Shown here piece after piece: positions 1-9,484 of a stretch of 37,049 nucleotides of DNA. The notes under the pieces are model-generated. The model did no database searches. It was not told the origin of the DNA and saw nothing but the letters and a program-made list of their open reading frames with translations. Source of the DNA: a virus (Duplodnaviria > Caudoviricetes). The stretch lies in IMG/VR virus record IMGVR_UViG_3300024262_000111, positions 1 to 37,049 of that record. One strand, given 5' to 3'. The position numbers and the translations under genes are program-made. Position 1 is the stretch's first letter; each line of letters opens with the position of its first letter.

Positions 1-117
1 GATGATTGGTGGCTTGAGAGGCATGAGTACGATGGTTCTGAATGGTGGGAATTCAAGCAAAAACCAACACAGACAGAAAAAGTAGATGTGCGGGTATGGC
101 GGAGAGAGTCATGGTGA
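1..117 (+). CDS. 3' end of conserved phage hypothetical protein (partial)
   Basis: Frame 1 reads DDWWLERHEYDGSEWWEFKQKP...W* to TGA at 115-117. WLERHEYDGSEWW is a motif I recognise from small phage proteins. Confidence 0.65.
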   Translation, partial: DDWWLERHEYDGSEWWEFKQKPTQTEKVDVRVWRRESW

Positions 118-170
118 GTGACGTTAAAAAGATGAGTCATGGAAGAAAAAATGTTGTTGATGGAGTCGAT

Positions 171-524
171 ATGATCTTTGTTGCTCTTATTAGTTTACAG
201 TTGAAGCACTTTGTTTGTGATTATCCTTTACAGAATGCATACATGTTACAGAAATCTTTACCAGATAGACGATACATTATGCCCTTGCTATATCATAGTG
301 GAATACATGCGTTAGCTATGTTCACTTTATGCTTAATATTCTCTTGGTCATTTTGGTTTGTTTTACTGGATTTTGTGTCGCATTTTATCATTGATAGATT
401 GAAAGCATCTCCAAAGTTAGGAGGCAGGTGGAAGCCTAATGAAAGTGCTTTCTGGAATGCTCTCGGACTCGATCAGATGTGTCATCATTTGATTGGTATA
501 TTGATTTTATATTTAGCCATATAA
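171..524 (+). CDS. DUF3307-like membrane protein
   Basis: KHFVCDYPLQ, HSGIH, HFIID and LGLDQMCHH motifs with hydrophobic segments. GGAG precedes ATG171. Confidence 0.75.
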   Translation: MIFVALISLQLKHFVCDYPLQNAYMLQKSLPDRRYIMPLLYHSGIHALAMFTLCLIFSWSFWFVLLDFVSHFIIDRLKASPKLGGRWKPNESAFWNALGLDQMCHHLIGILILYLAI

Positions 525-531
525 GGATTGT

Positions 532-759
532 ATGATTATGGAACCAGAAGAAACAGTAAGAGAGCTTAGGTATAAAATAATAGACAAACCTGTAGAAATG
601 TTTATGAAGAAGTTGGTTTGCGATTGCGGAAAAGAGATGAAAAGAGGAAAGATGTTACTTTCAGATCCTCCAAAGTTTGAACATATATGTGAAGACTGCA
701 ATCACACCGTAATAACAGATGTGTCTTATCCAGCATTGGCGTACAGGGAGATGGGGTAA
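532..759 (+). CDS. small Zn-ribbon protein
   Basis: CDC...CEDC; AAGGA SD upstream. Confidence 0.6.
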   Translation: MIMEPEETVRELRYKIIDKPVEMFMKKLVCDCGKEMKRGKMLLSDPPKFEHICEDCNHTVITDVSYPALAYREMG

Positions 760-763
760 AATT

Positions 764-1447
764 ATGCATTCTCATTTCAAAATAATGTGTCCTATTTGCG
801 ATAAAGTCGTAAGCCAGTGCAGATGTATGGAAGATAAAACAATTGAATATAAGAAGTGTTTTAGTTGTATGGCCAATGAAAAATCTAATTTTTATTTCAA
901 GAAAATTGAAACTGAACCTCAGATAAAACAAGATGGCACAACAGAAGTAAGAATACCCAAGCAAGAAGGTGTCATCTGGAAATATGAAATCAAATCCTCA
1001 TATGGAGATAGTTCAGGCGTTAGGTATGCAGCTCTTGGGAAAGATGTAGCAGTAAAAATCTCTTCATTTCTTTATGATTGGCATTATTCATTTAAGTGGG
1101 AAGGTGCATATATCAACCAGGAAAATGTGGTGTACACCATTGCAAGAGATCTCATTCTTAATCATTTCGATGATATTAAAATTTTTGCACCATCGAATGA
1201 AAGCGCAATTGAAATTTTCACTATCGAAGGTGAGTCAGGTGATCGTGAACTTGAAAATGATATTGCGTTTGCAGTGAATGGTAAGCAACTTGTTTTGGCA
1301 GTCGATAGCTTTATCAAAGCGTTCAATGAAGAGTTCGATGATAAAAAACTTAATGACTTTAGAGGTGAAGATGTTTATGACAAGGTGCAAGAAATGATTG
1401 CAGAACACTTCGACAAAGTTCATTCAATTGTGCAATTGGTGCAATAA
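764..1447 (+). CDS. hypothetical protein with N-terminal Cys cluster; C-terminal domain paralogous to 16246-16713
   Basis: CPIC/CRC/CFSC at the N-terminus. The C-terminus EDVYDKVQEMIAEHFDKVHSIVQL resembles QEVYNNVEQLIKNHFHKIHSFVQL. Confidence 0.65.
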   Translation: MHSHFKIMCPICDKVVSQCRCMEDKTIEYKKCFSCMANEKSNFYFKKIETEPQIKQDGTTEVRIPKQEGVIWKYEIKSSYGDSSGVRYAALGKDVAVKISSFLYDWHYSFKWEGAYINQENVVYTIARDLILNHFDDIKIFAPSNESAIEIFTIEGESGDRELENDIAFAVNGKQLVLAVDSFIKAFNEEFDDKKLNDFRGEDVYDKVQEMIAEHFDKVHSIVQLVQ

Positions 1448-1776
1448 TGTTTATCCTCTTCCCCGATCAAGCTTTTGCAACAGCTTGGTTGTTCAGAGAT
1501 GAGCAACAAGCCTCGCTCATGTTTGGTTCTAATTTCAAGATGACATCAACTCGTTGGAGTTGTGTCGTTGCGAGAACATATTACGATGTGTTCATCGCAA
1601 CAAATCGAGAAGATCTCTTCAATCAATTGCAAGCCGAACAAGCTCTCAAGAAAAGAAAAGGCTATGTTACTCTGATTGATAAAAGAAAGAGTGGATCGGA
1701 AGTTACGTTAGGAACATTTATCTTCAAAGATGATAAGGTTTTATACCACGATTATAGTATAAAACCCCATTCCTAA
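1447..1776 (+). CDS. hypothetical protein
   Basis: 109-aa ORF, TAATG-coupled to the upstream gene. Confidence 0.6.
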   Translation: MFILFPDQAFATAWLFRDEQQASLMFGSNFKMTSTRWSCVVARTYYDVFIATNREDLFNQLQAEQALKKRKGYVTLIDKRKSGSEVTLGTFIFKDDKVLYHDYSIKPHS

Positions 1777-1806
1777 CCTCTTTATACTACGGTCATGGTA
1801 TAAAAC
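1738..1806. repeat. two imperfect palindromic 28-bp sites, 41-bp period
   Basis: GTTTTATACCA-CGATTA-TAGTATAAAAC (1738-1765) and TCTTTATACTA-CGGTCA-TGGTATAAAAC (1779-1806). Confidence 0.7.
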
Positions 1807-1846
1807 CTTGTGATAGCGCAAACGTCAAAAACGCTATCACACAACC

Positions 1847-1875
1847 TTGCGTTCGCAAATCCTCAATGCTACAAC
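1847..1875 (+). promoter_or_regulatory. sigma70-type promoter with extended -10
   Basis: TTGCGT-17bp-(TGC)TACAAC. A 10-bp inverted repeat TGTGATAGCG/CGCTATCACA lies just upstream (1809-1841). Confidence 0.5.
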
Positions 1876-1924
1876 TGAAACATATATTTTGTGTGATTGT
1901 TTTTTGATTCAAAGGATTTGAGAT

Positions 1925-2263
1925 ATGGCAATACGACGCTGTAAACTTCGACGTTCAACAGAACAGACGACTGGCTTAGGATATAGAGTTAGAGTCAAGA
2001 CCAAAACAAAAATTGAAGAGTGGGCACTCAAGCACAAAATCTCTCAAGCTGAAGTGATTGAACGATTGGTCGATGGAACTCTCATCGAGACTGCTAATTA
2101 TCGCAATGCACCACGCAATGGCACACTCTGCATTCTTTATCCCGTAGGAGACGCTTCTCTCTTTGAACATCGCATTGGTGGCATGGACGTGCTCGGAAGC
2201 ATCAGAGACTCAGTTGAGAACGTGTTAGCTGAACTTGTGTCAGACTTACCAGAAGATAAATAA
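1925..2263 (+). CDS. putative ribbon-helix-helix DNA-binding protein
   Basis: YRVRVKTKTKIEEWALKHKISQAEVIERLVD fits the strand-helix-(S/T)xAE-helix RHH pattern. Confidence 0.5.
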   Translation: MAIRRCKLRRSTEQTTGLGYRVRVKTKTKIEEWALKHKISQAEVIERLVDGTLIETANYRNAPRNGTLCILYPVGDASLFEHRIGGMDVLGSIRDSVENVLAELVSDLPEDK

Positions 2264-2303
2264 ACTGTGATATTAACTGCACACTTTTTCATAAGGACGC
2301 TTT

Positions 2304-2729
2304 ATGCTTCAGTTAGAATTTAGAGGATCGACCGGAGTTTTTGAACACAAGACTATCCATTCAATTGGAGCTGATCTTGTATCGCAAACAAGTTTGATGA
2401 TTAACCCAAATGAAATTGTTAAATTATCAACTGGTGTGTTCATAATTGAAAGCAAAAATGTACCTTTTCCAGTCATAAATCATCTTGTACCTTTTCTTAT
2501 GATCCGTCCTAGATCTTCGTTATCTTCTAAAGGAATTATCGCAATCGAAGGAACAATTGATGCGGATTATCGAGATGAAATTAAAGTGATATTGCATAAC
2601 TGTACATCCGAACCATATTACGTTTCACGAGGAGATCGTGTTGCTCAGATTGTTGCGCAACTTGGTTTCCAAGTTGCACCAGTGAACAATACAACCAGAT
2701 CCGGTGGCTTTGGTTCGACGGGCATTTAA
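2304..2729 (+). CDS. dut: trimeric dUTPase
   Basis: Five motifs: GADL, RPRSSL, GTIDADYRDEI, GDRVAQ, RSGGFGSTG. Confidence 0.95.
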   Translation: MLQLEFRGSTGVFEHKTIHSIGADLVSQTSLMINPNEIVKLSTGVFIIESKNVPFPVINHLVPFLMIRPRSSLSSKGIIAIEGTIDADYRDEIKVILHNCTSEPYYVSRGDRVAQIVAQLGFQVAPVNNTTRSGGFGSTGI

Positions 2730-2746
2730 TACATTGAGGCGAACCA

Positions 2747-4840
2747 ATGGTCATCAAACAAGATCGGTTAAGGTCATGGTCTGAATTCACAGAAGATGAA
2801 TTCGATTCTGCTTTATCCGACTTGCTTGAAGGTATGAACCCAGAAGAAATAGAATTGCTTCTCTCTTCAGGACCAGAGTTATTCTCTCTTGCTTCAGAAC
2901 TAGAATACGATTATGAACCAGTGTCGATGGTCGAGTGGTTAGAAGATCCTTTCTTCATGGGTGAGTTCACTACCACGCTTTATCCGCACTGGAAAGCAGA
3001 CCTCATTGAACTCTTCTCCACAGGTCATTATCACTGTTGTCTCGCAAGTGGTTCACTTGGCTCAGGAAAATCATTATTCGCTTCGCTTGCGATCACGAGA
3101 ATGCTTTATGAAGCTTCATGTCTTAGAGATCCAGCACAATCTTACGGCTTCACCAAAGGCTCAAAGATTGGTTTTGGTGTGTTTGCTCCAACAGAAACGG
3201 TTGCAAGGCAAGCGACTTTTGATAAGTTAATATCATACATTCAAGGTTCACCTTACTTCCAAGAAGTGTTCCCAGCTCTCAACCTAAAAGAAAACAAGAG
3301 ATTCAAATCCAACGTGATCGAATTCCCCAAAGGATTGTACCTCGCTTGCGGTTCTTCGACTGACACCGTGGCTCTCGGAACAAACTTGATGGGAGCTTTC
3401 GTTGATGAGCTAAACTTCTTCAAGCAAAGCAAAAAGAACAAACACTCGCTCGATTGGCGAAAAGACGATAAAGCAGCAAAGCTTTTCGATTCGCTCATGC
3501 GACGTATCAAAAACCGATTTCTCAAAAGAGGAAAGCTCCCAGGGTTAATCATCGGAGCTTCATCGAAACAAACTGTGGACTCTCTCATTGAGAAGTTCAT
3601 CCAAGATGCGATTCAAAGAAACGACAAGCACACGTTTGTCAGAGACCGTTCACTCATCGAACTCAGGCGTGGAGAGTATTCAAAAAAGACTTTCATGGTT
3701 GTTGTGGGTGATGAAAACTTTAGAAGCCAAATCATTCCACCGGACGCCGATCTCACAAAATACAAAGACGCTTGCATTGTCGAAATACCAGAAGACTTCA
3801 GACACGACTTTGAACTCGATTGCGACTCAGCTCTCAGAGACTTGGCAGGTATCTCAACTCTCTCGGTTTCCAACTTCATGAGCAACGTTGCTTCCATCAA
3901 TGCAATTGTCGATCACAAAAGAAAGCATCCATTCTTTTGCGCACGCATGGACAATCATCATTCATGGGATTCACGCTCGCATTATCAAATCGACTGGCAT
4001 GAGCTAACCACGGTTGACGACGACGGCACGAGAAGGCCAAAAAGAAACCCACACGCCAAAAGGTTTGCGCATTTCGATCCGGGCAAGTCAGGTGACTCCT
4101 TCGGCCTAGCCATTGTTCACGTTGCCGGACTTCTCAAAATCATGTCATCACAATCAGACGCAGTTGAATATCAGCCAGTGTTCGATGTTGATTTCGTTTT
4201 GGAGATAAAAGGAACACCAGAGAAGCATGTTCTATTCAGAAACGTGCGAAGAATAATTTACGACTTTCAAGAAGCCGGATTCTACTTTTCAAGAATCACA
4301 ATGGATAACTTTCAAACAACAGAAATGCATCAGGCTCTCCAAGCAGTGGGATACAACACAGGATATCTTTCTGTTGATACCTCAAGAGAGCCATATGTTT
4401 TCTTGAGACGTGTTATTTATGAAGGGAGACTTAGATCCTATCCTCATCAGAAGTTGCTCGAAGAGCTGAAAAAACTCGAAGACACCGGAGACGCTATTGA
4501 CCATCCTCAGGGCTTCAGCAAAGATGTTTCAGACGCCGTGTGTGGTGCCGTGTGGCAAGCAAGCCAAGAGCTAACGTTCTCTGAAACAATCATTGAGTCG
4601 GGGGAATATTTGCCAACACCAACCAATTCCCAAGCAAATGAGCAACAAGAATTGTATCATCACTCAGATGATGATCGTCCGAAGAAGCATATTCCGCCGC
4701 CACCAATAACCAACGCAGCTCCAACCAAAGTGTACAAAAAGGTCGCAAGGCAACAAACTGAAGCGACATACAAAAAGGGCGGCAAGGAGCAGACATCAAA
4801 CGAGCGTGATAATATTTTAGACGTGATTGATTTTGGGTGA
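2747..4840 (+). CDS. terL: terminase large subunit
   Basis: Walker A SGSLGSGKS, Walker B AFVDE, nuclease motifs FAHFDPGKSGDS and DHPQGFSKDVSDAV. Lies directly upstream of the portal. Confidence 0.9.
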   Translation: MVIKQDRLRSWSEFTEDEFDSALSDLLEGMNPEEIELLLSSGPELFSLASELEYDYEPVSMVEWLEDPFFMGEFTTTLYPHWKADLIELFSTGHYHCCLASGSLGSGKSLFASLAITRMLYEASCLRDPAQSYGFTKGSKIGFGVFAPTETVARQATFDKLISYIQGSPYFQEVFPALNLKENKRFKSNVIEFPKGLYLACGSSTDTVALGTNLMGAFVDELNFFKQSKKNKHSLDWRKDDKAAKLFDSLMRRIKNRFLKRGKLPGLIIGASSKQTVDSLIEKFIQDAIQRNDKHTFVRDRSLIELRRGEYSKKTFMVVVGDENFRSQIIPPDADLTKYKDACIVEIPEDFRHDFELDCDSALRDLAGISTLSVSNFMSNVASINAIVDHKRKHPFFCARMDNHHSWDSRSHYQIDWHELTTVDDDGTRRPKRNPHAKRFAHFDPGKSGDSFGLAIVHVAGLLKIMSSQSDAVEYQPVFDVDFVLEIKGTPEKHVLFRNVRRIIYDFQEAGFYFSRITMDNFQTTEMHQALQAVGYNTGYLSVDTSREPYVFLRRVIYEGRLRSYPHQKLLEELKKLEDTGDAIDHPQGFSKDVSDAVCGAVWQASQELTFSETIIESGEYLPTPTNSQANEQQELYHHSDDDRPKKHIPPPPITNAAPTKVYKKVARQQTEATYKKGGKEQTSNERDNILDVIDFG

Positions 4841-4885
4841 TAATTTAATCTCATTCCATTCTTGAGATTCAGTGAGGGAAGTTAA

Positions 4886-6565
4886 ATGGCAGAAGAAAAC
4901 AAGACACTCGGAAGTAGTGCTTTAAATTTAATTAGAAAGTATTTTTATCGTGACAGAATTATCACACAGCCTTATGACACCAGAGGCTATTCAATTAATC
5001 AATACACTGGTGGTGAGAGAGCGTTAGGAGCCTCTTCACCAGTTGGAACGAGTTACAATTCAGAACTCATCAACTCCACAGAAATTGCTCAGGACTTTGT
5101 TGGGAGAATGGCAGACTACGAGGACATGGAAGCTTACCCTGAGTTGGGTCAGGCTCTTAATATCTACGCTGATGAAGCGACTCAACAAGATTCGATCACA
5201 GGCAAGTCCGTTTGGGTTGAGTCTGACAATGAAGCTATCCAAAGCATTCTTGAATTCACGCTTCACAATCAGCTTAAGATTGAAGAAGACCTGTGGGCGA
5301 TGGCTCGCACTCTCGCACACTATGGAAATATGTATCAAGAAGTTATTGTGCTTTCAGGTGTTGGCGTTATCAAACTCATTGATTATCCTGTGGCTCAAAT
5401 GCGAAGAGTGTCCGACAAATTCGGCAACGACTTTGGTTTCATCTGGGATGAAGCGATGAGCTTTTCGATGAACACAGCTGAATTCATGCGAAGGCTTCAC
5501 GATAGAGATCAGGGCTTGAACACCTCTCACTATTCATTTATGCATAAATTAACCAAAGTGTTTGAAGAGTGGGAAGTTGTTCACTATCGTTTAAGAACAG
5601 GATCACGCTCCAATACACTTTATGGTCAATCAATTTTGGAGCCAGCACGTTGGGTGTGGAAGAGAATTAGCATGATGGAAGATGCAATGGTGCTTTTCAA
5701 GCTCACTCGCAGTCCACAGCGTTATGTGTTTTATGTTGATGTTGGTGATGTACCACCTAACGAAGCTCGAAAGATTATCAATCAATTCAAACAAGATTTC
5801 AGAAAGCAAAAGTTTGTGAATCCTGAAACTGGCAAGATTGATTTTCGGTACAATCCTCTCTCCACAGTGGACGATTTCTTCGTAAGTAAGCGAAAAGAAA
5901 AGCGTTCTACCGAAATTGAAGTGCTCTCAGGTTTGGCTGAACAAGGAGTTGAGGATTCAAATTACTTCCGTGAAAAGCTTTTCGCTTCTCTTGGCATACC
6001 TAAATCGTATCTAGGAGCTGATGAGACGATAGGTAGGGCGAACCTCGGTCAAATGGATGTTAGGTTTGCCAAGACGATTATGCGGCTACAAAGAGAGATG
6101 AAGAACGGTATCCGAAGAATTTGTGACATTGACCTTGCTGCGAGAAACATCGATCCGGATAAAGTAGAATACAAAATCGGGATGGTGATTCCATCAGGCG
6201 CATTGGAGCTTGCGCACATTGAAGTGCAAAAGGCTAAAGTTGAATTGGCCTCGATGTATCAAGGTCTCAATTTCCCAGACTGGTATCTGTGGACAAACAT
6301 CATTGGTCTGTCGGAACAAGAAGCGAATGATGTGGAATTTCTAAGAGCGAAACAAGAAGGTGCATTCCCTCAAGACCAACAAGAAAGTGTGAAGTTAAAT
6401 GTGCAGAAAAATATTGATCGACAACTTTCAAATATTACACGGGCACACTTGGATAAACAAAGTGCAATTCTTGAACACATTGAAAAAGGACAATCAACCC
6501 TTGGAAGACGGCTTGCAGAAGTTAAAAGTCTTATGGGCGAGTTCAAAAAGTTACGAGCCTCTTGA
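4886..6565 (+). CDS. T4 gp20-like portal protein
   Basis: YGQSILEPARWVWKRISMMEDAMVLFKLTRSPQRYVFYVDVGDVPP, EDSNYFREKLFASLGIPKSYL and DVRFAKTIMRLQ match gp20-type portals. Confidence 0.92.
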   Translation: MAEENKTLGSSALNLIRKYFYRDRIITQPYDTRGYSINQYTGGERALGASSPVGTSYNSELINSTEIAQDFVGRMADYEDMEAYPELGQALNIYADEATQQDSITGKSVWVESDNEAIQSILEFTLHNQLKIEEDLWAMARTLAHYGNMYQEVIVLSGVGVIKLIDYPVAQMRRVSDKFGNDFGFIWDEAMSFSMNTAEFMRRLHDRDQGLNTSHYSFMHKLTKVFEEWEVVHYRLRTGSRSNTLYGQSILEPARWVWKRISMMEDAMVLFKLTRSPQRYVFYVDVGDVPPNEARKIINQFKQDFRKQKFVNPETGKIDFRYNPLSTVDDFFVSKRKEKRSTEIEVLSGLAEQGVEDSNYFREKLFASLGIPKSYLGADETIGRANLGQMDVRFAKTIMRLQREMKNGIRRICDIDLAARNIDPDKVEYKIGMVIPSGALELAHIEVQKAKVELASMYQGLNFPDWYLWTNIIGLSEQEANDVEFLRAKQEGAFPQDQQESVKLNVQKNIDRQLSNITRAHLDKQSAILEHIEKGQSTLGRRLAEVKSLMGEFKKLRAS

Positions 6566-6693
6566 AACTAGTTGTGCAGACAACCTGCACAAAACTTTCT
6601 AAATTGTTTTAGAATACATATTGCAATGTTATTATTGTCACAGACAGTTGGATATGAGGCTTCAAACCGAAGCATGAGAAGGAGTTTTCATTT

Positions 6694-9423
6694 ATGTTTG
6701 GCAAAAAGCAGCGGTCACTTGAAGAAGATTTTGCAAAGCTAGGACTCGATCCGGCTTTCATTTTGGGCGAGATGAAGCACACAAACAAAGGCATGGAGAA
6801 GGCTTCGCTGTATGAATCAGAAGAGCTAGCTTCCATGAATGAGTTTGAAGTTGCTCGTGGCGTAGCATCGAACACAATCAATGCAGAAGATGTTGATCCT
6901 TCCAAGCAAGAGAAGGTCAAAGAGTTGGCCACACAGTTTGAGATGGAGAAGGCTTTCGAGTCGGTTGATCCGGAAGATGATTTGGAAGAGTCAGATGTTT
7001 CTTGGGTCAACAACAAAGAATATGCAAAGCTTTTCGAGTCTGCGAAAAAAGCCATCCTTGCTCACAACCTTGATTCCCTAACCGAATCCTATGTTGGTTT
7101 GCATCCAAGGCATCAAATCGCACTTGGCAACCGCTTTGCGAAGATGCATGGGCAAAACGCATGGGCAAATTGTTATGAAAACATTGTGAGAACAGTGAGA
7201 CAAAAAGGTCTCAAGTTGTATCAACCTGCGAAGCTCACAGAGTCGCAAGAAGCTCTTGCTCAAAACATCGAGAGGCTGAATTCAGTATCTCAGTTGCGCT
7301 CTTTCGCAGTGCAAAACAATATACCTCTCCAAGAAGGTATGGAGCATCCATGCGAGATCAAGCACGCAATCCGTATTGCAATCAAAGAAGGCAAGCTTGC
7401 TCCAAAGCCTCTCACCGAATCGACTGAGGTTCTTGAAGAGGGCTTAAAGAAAAAGAAGCTCAAGAGAATGAAAGCTTCTGAAAGAGCAGCGGCTCGCAGA
7501 ACCTATCGCAAAAAGAAGACAAAGATTAAGCGTCGGTTGAAGAAGTTGAAAGCCAAGCCAGCTTATAAGCGTCGCAAAGCAAAGTTAAAGAGAATGAAAA
7601 AGGGCCGTGACGCCGGAGCGAGAAAGAAGTTTGTTCTCGAAGGTATGCAGATGTTCCAAACTCAGCTCACCGAATCTGAAGCTGATATCGAAACAAACCT
7701 CAACAGCTTCGTTTCGCTCGTGCAAGAAGCAAAAGCATTAACGAACATGGAAGACTATATCCATCAAGGTGAAGTGTTAAAGCCAATTGATGTTGACTTA
7801 GATGAAGAGCCAATCGAAGCTCACATGGGCGACAAGACTCCTGACATCGACAAAGAAGGAACGAAGCTTAAGAAGTGTGGAGTTGATGACAAAGAATCTC
7901 ACCAACACATTGGTGAAGACAATAACTCGCACCTTTATTTCTATTCAGAAGCCGACACCAATTTAGCTTCCGATGAGTTAGAAACAAAAGGATTGAAAGC
8001 TCGCAAAGGTGACGATCACTTAATTTTCTCCAACGATGAAGATGCAAGCAAAGCAAAGCAGATCATCCGTGAGAAGCAAATTCCAATGGATGAAGACAGA
8101 GAGCTTGTAAGACAATTTCAAAAGACTGTGTACAGCGAGTCTTTGGATCTAAAACTAGAAGCTATCCTTGAAGACTCGACAACGATCACAGACAGACTCA
8201 AAAAGCATGTGTTGACTCAATCGGATGCAAACACTTTGCTTTCTTCAATGAAGAAATTCTTTGATGGCACCATGCAGAAGTTCCACGATGTTGTGAGCAA
8301 GTCCACACTTAAATATGTTGGTGATGACATCGCTTCTGATGATAGCAAGCCAGTGAAGGCTGAAGACGGAGCGCAAATCGGTGAAGACGATATCGAAGCT
8401 AATTCGCAAGAGCCAGTGAAAGCGCAAGACGGACAACATCAAGGAAAAGATATCAAAGCCGAGACTGCAAAGCCTGTGAAGCCAGACAACAAGAATGTGT
8501 ATGCAGATAGCAAGAGCAAGAATCTGAACAAGGCTCAAGCTCCTGTGAAAGCTGACAACATGCAACACACTGGTGAGCACGCTTACCAGGGCAAAACAAA
8601 AGGCGAGACCGAAGAAGTTCTTTCTGGCATTAAAACAGAAAGCAAAGAAATCACTGAAGCTACGCAAGATCTGATGGACATTGCGAAGAAACACTTCGAT
8701 GATCGTGAAGATTGGGTGAATGCCACCGTTGCTTCAGGCATCAGCTATGCAATGGGAAGAGCCAACGGCGAGACTTATAACGCACTTCGAGATATGCCAG
8801 AGTTATTCAACAAAGCAGTGCAAGAAGTGAAAACTGGCCAACTCAAAGCTAATCCTTGCGAGATTGCAGACTGGTTGAAGTCGAAGGTTGGCAACAGTGG
8901 TGATGAGTTCCAAGGAACCATCGAGCCAATGGAACCCGTCGAGCCAACCGAGCCAACAGAACCTATCGAACCAGAAGTTGAAGAGTCAAAAAAAAAAATA
9001 AATGAAGAGAAAGAGACTCAATTAGTCACTGATGCTTCCAAGATTGAATTCAACTTCGATGACTACAAAGGCTTTCTGGCAGCTCACAAGCTTCCAGAAA
9101 CCACTGAAATCGAAAGTGTGAAACTAGTAGGGCAGTTGAAGTGGGCAGTTGATTTTGACTTCGGCAAGGATAGCTTTGAAGGATTTTCTGCAAGCGTTCC
9201 AAACCAAAACTTGAAGCTTGAATTCACTTATTACGGTGCGACTGAAGCCGATCCATCTCAGACAATTACACAAGATATCGAACTCAAGAATGTCAAAGCA
9301 GAGGTTGATGTTTCAGCTGGTGGAAGTGGCAACAAGAACTTCATGCGGCTCAACTTCAGACCAACGTCAATCTTATGGAGCGATAACTTATCAATCGTGA
9401 GTTTTGATCGAACTGTAGATTGA
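6694..9423 (+). CDS. large prohead core / internal head protein (putative)
   Basis: Follows the portal. Acidic, with many LxE(S) motifs (LTES x4, LFES, LYES, LEEG, LQEG), a K/R-rich block reminiscent of T4 gp68-type core proteins, and PVKA and EPxEPx repeats. Confidence 0.55.
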   Translation: MFGKKQRSLEEDFAKLGLDPAFILGEMKHTNKGMEKASLYESEELASMNEFEVARGVASNTINAEDVDPSKQEKVKELATQFEMEKAFESVDPEDDLEESDVSWVNNKEYAKLFESAKKAILAHNLDSLTESYVGLHPRHQIALGNRFAKMHGQNAWANCYENIVRTVRQKGLKLYQPAKLTESQEALAQNIERLNSVSQLRSFAVQNNIPLQEGMEHPCEIKHAIRIAIKEGKLAPKPLTESTEVLEEGLKKKKLKRMKASERAAARRTYRKKKTKIKRRLKKLKAKPAYKRRKAKLKRMKKGRDAGARKKFVLEGMQMFQTQLTESEADIETNLNSFVSLVQEAKALTNMEDYIHQGEVLKPIDVDLDEEPIEAHMGDKTPDIDKEGTKLKKCGVDDKESHQHIGEDNNSHLYFYSEADTNLASDELETKGLKARKGDDHLIFSNDEDASKAKQIIREKQIPMDEDRELVRQFQKTVYSESLDLKLEAILEDSTTITDRLKKHVLTQSDANTLLSSMKKFFDGTMQKFHDVVSKSTLKYVGDDIASDDSKPVKAEDGAQIGEDDIEANSQEPVKAQDGQHQGKDIKAETAKPVKPDNKNVYADSKSKNLNKAQAPVKADNMQHTGEHAYQGKTKGETEEVLSGIKTESKEITEATQDLMDIAKKHFDDREDWVNATVASGISYAMGRANGETYNALRDMPELFNKAVQEVKTGQLKANPCEIADWLKSKVGNSGDEFQGTIEPMEPVEPTEPTEPIEPEVEESKKKINEEKETQLVTDASKIEFNFDDYKGFLAAHKLPETTEIESVKLVGQLKWAVDFDFGKDSFEGFSASVPNQNLKLEFTYYGATEADPSQTITQDIELKNVKAEVDVSAGGSGNKNFMRLNFRPTSILWSDNLSIVSFDRTVD

Positions 9424-9448
9424 TATTTATTCCCGTTGTTGCTATATT
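9420..9448 (+). promoter_or_regulatory. sigma70-type promoter
   Basis: TTGATA-17bp-(TGC)TATATT upstream of the Fis-HTH genes. Confidence 0.5.
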
Positions 9449-9484
9449 TCCTACACCTTCTAAGGAAATTTGTATGGGGTAACA

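Noticed and set aside
2961-9400. Short alternative-frame and antisense ORFs inside terL, portal and core genes
   Set aside because: No motifs or convincing SD; expected by-products of codon bias.
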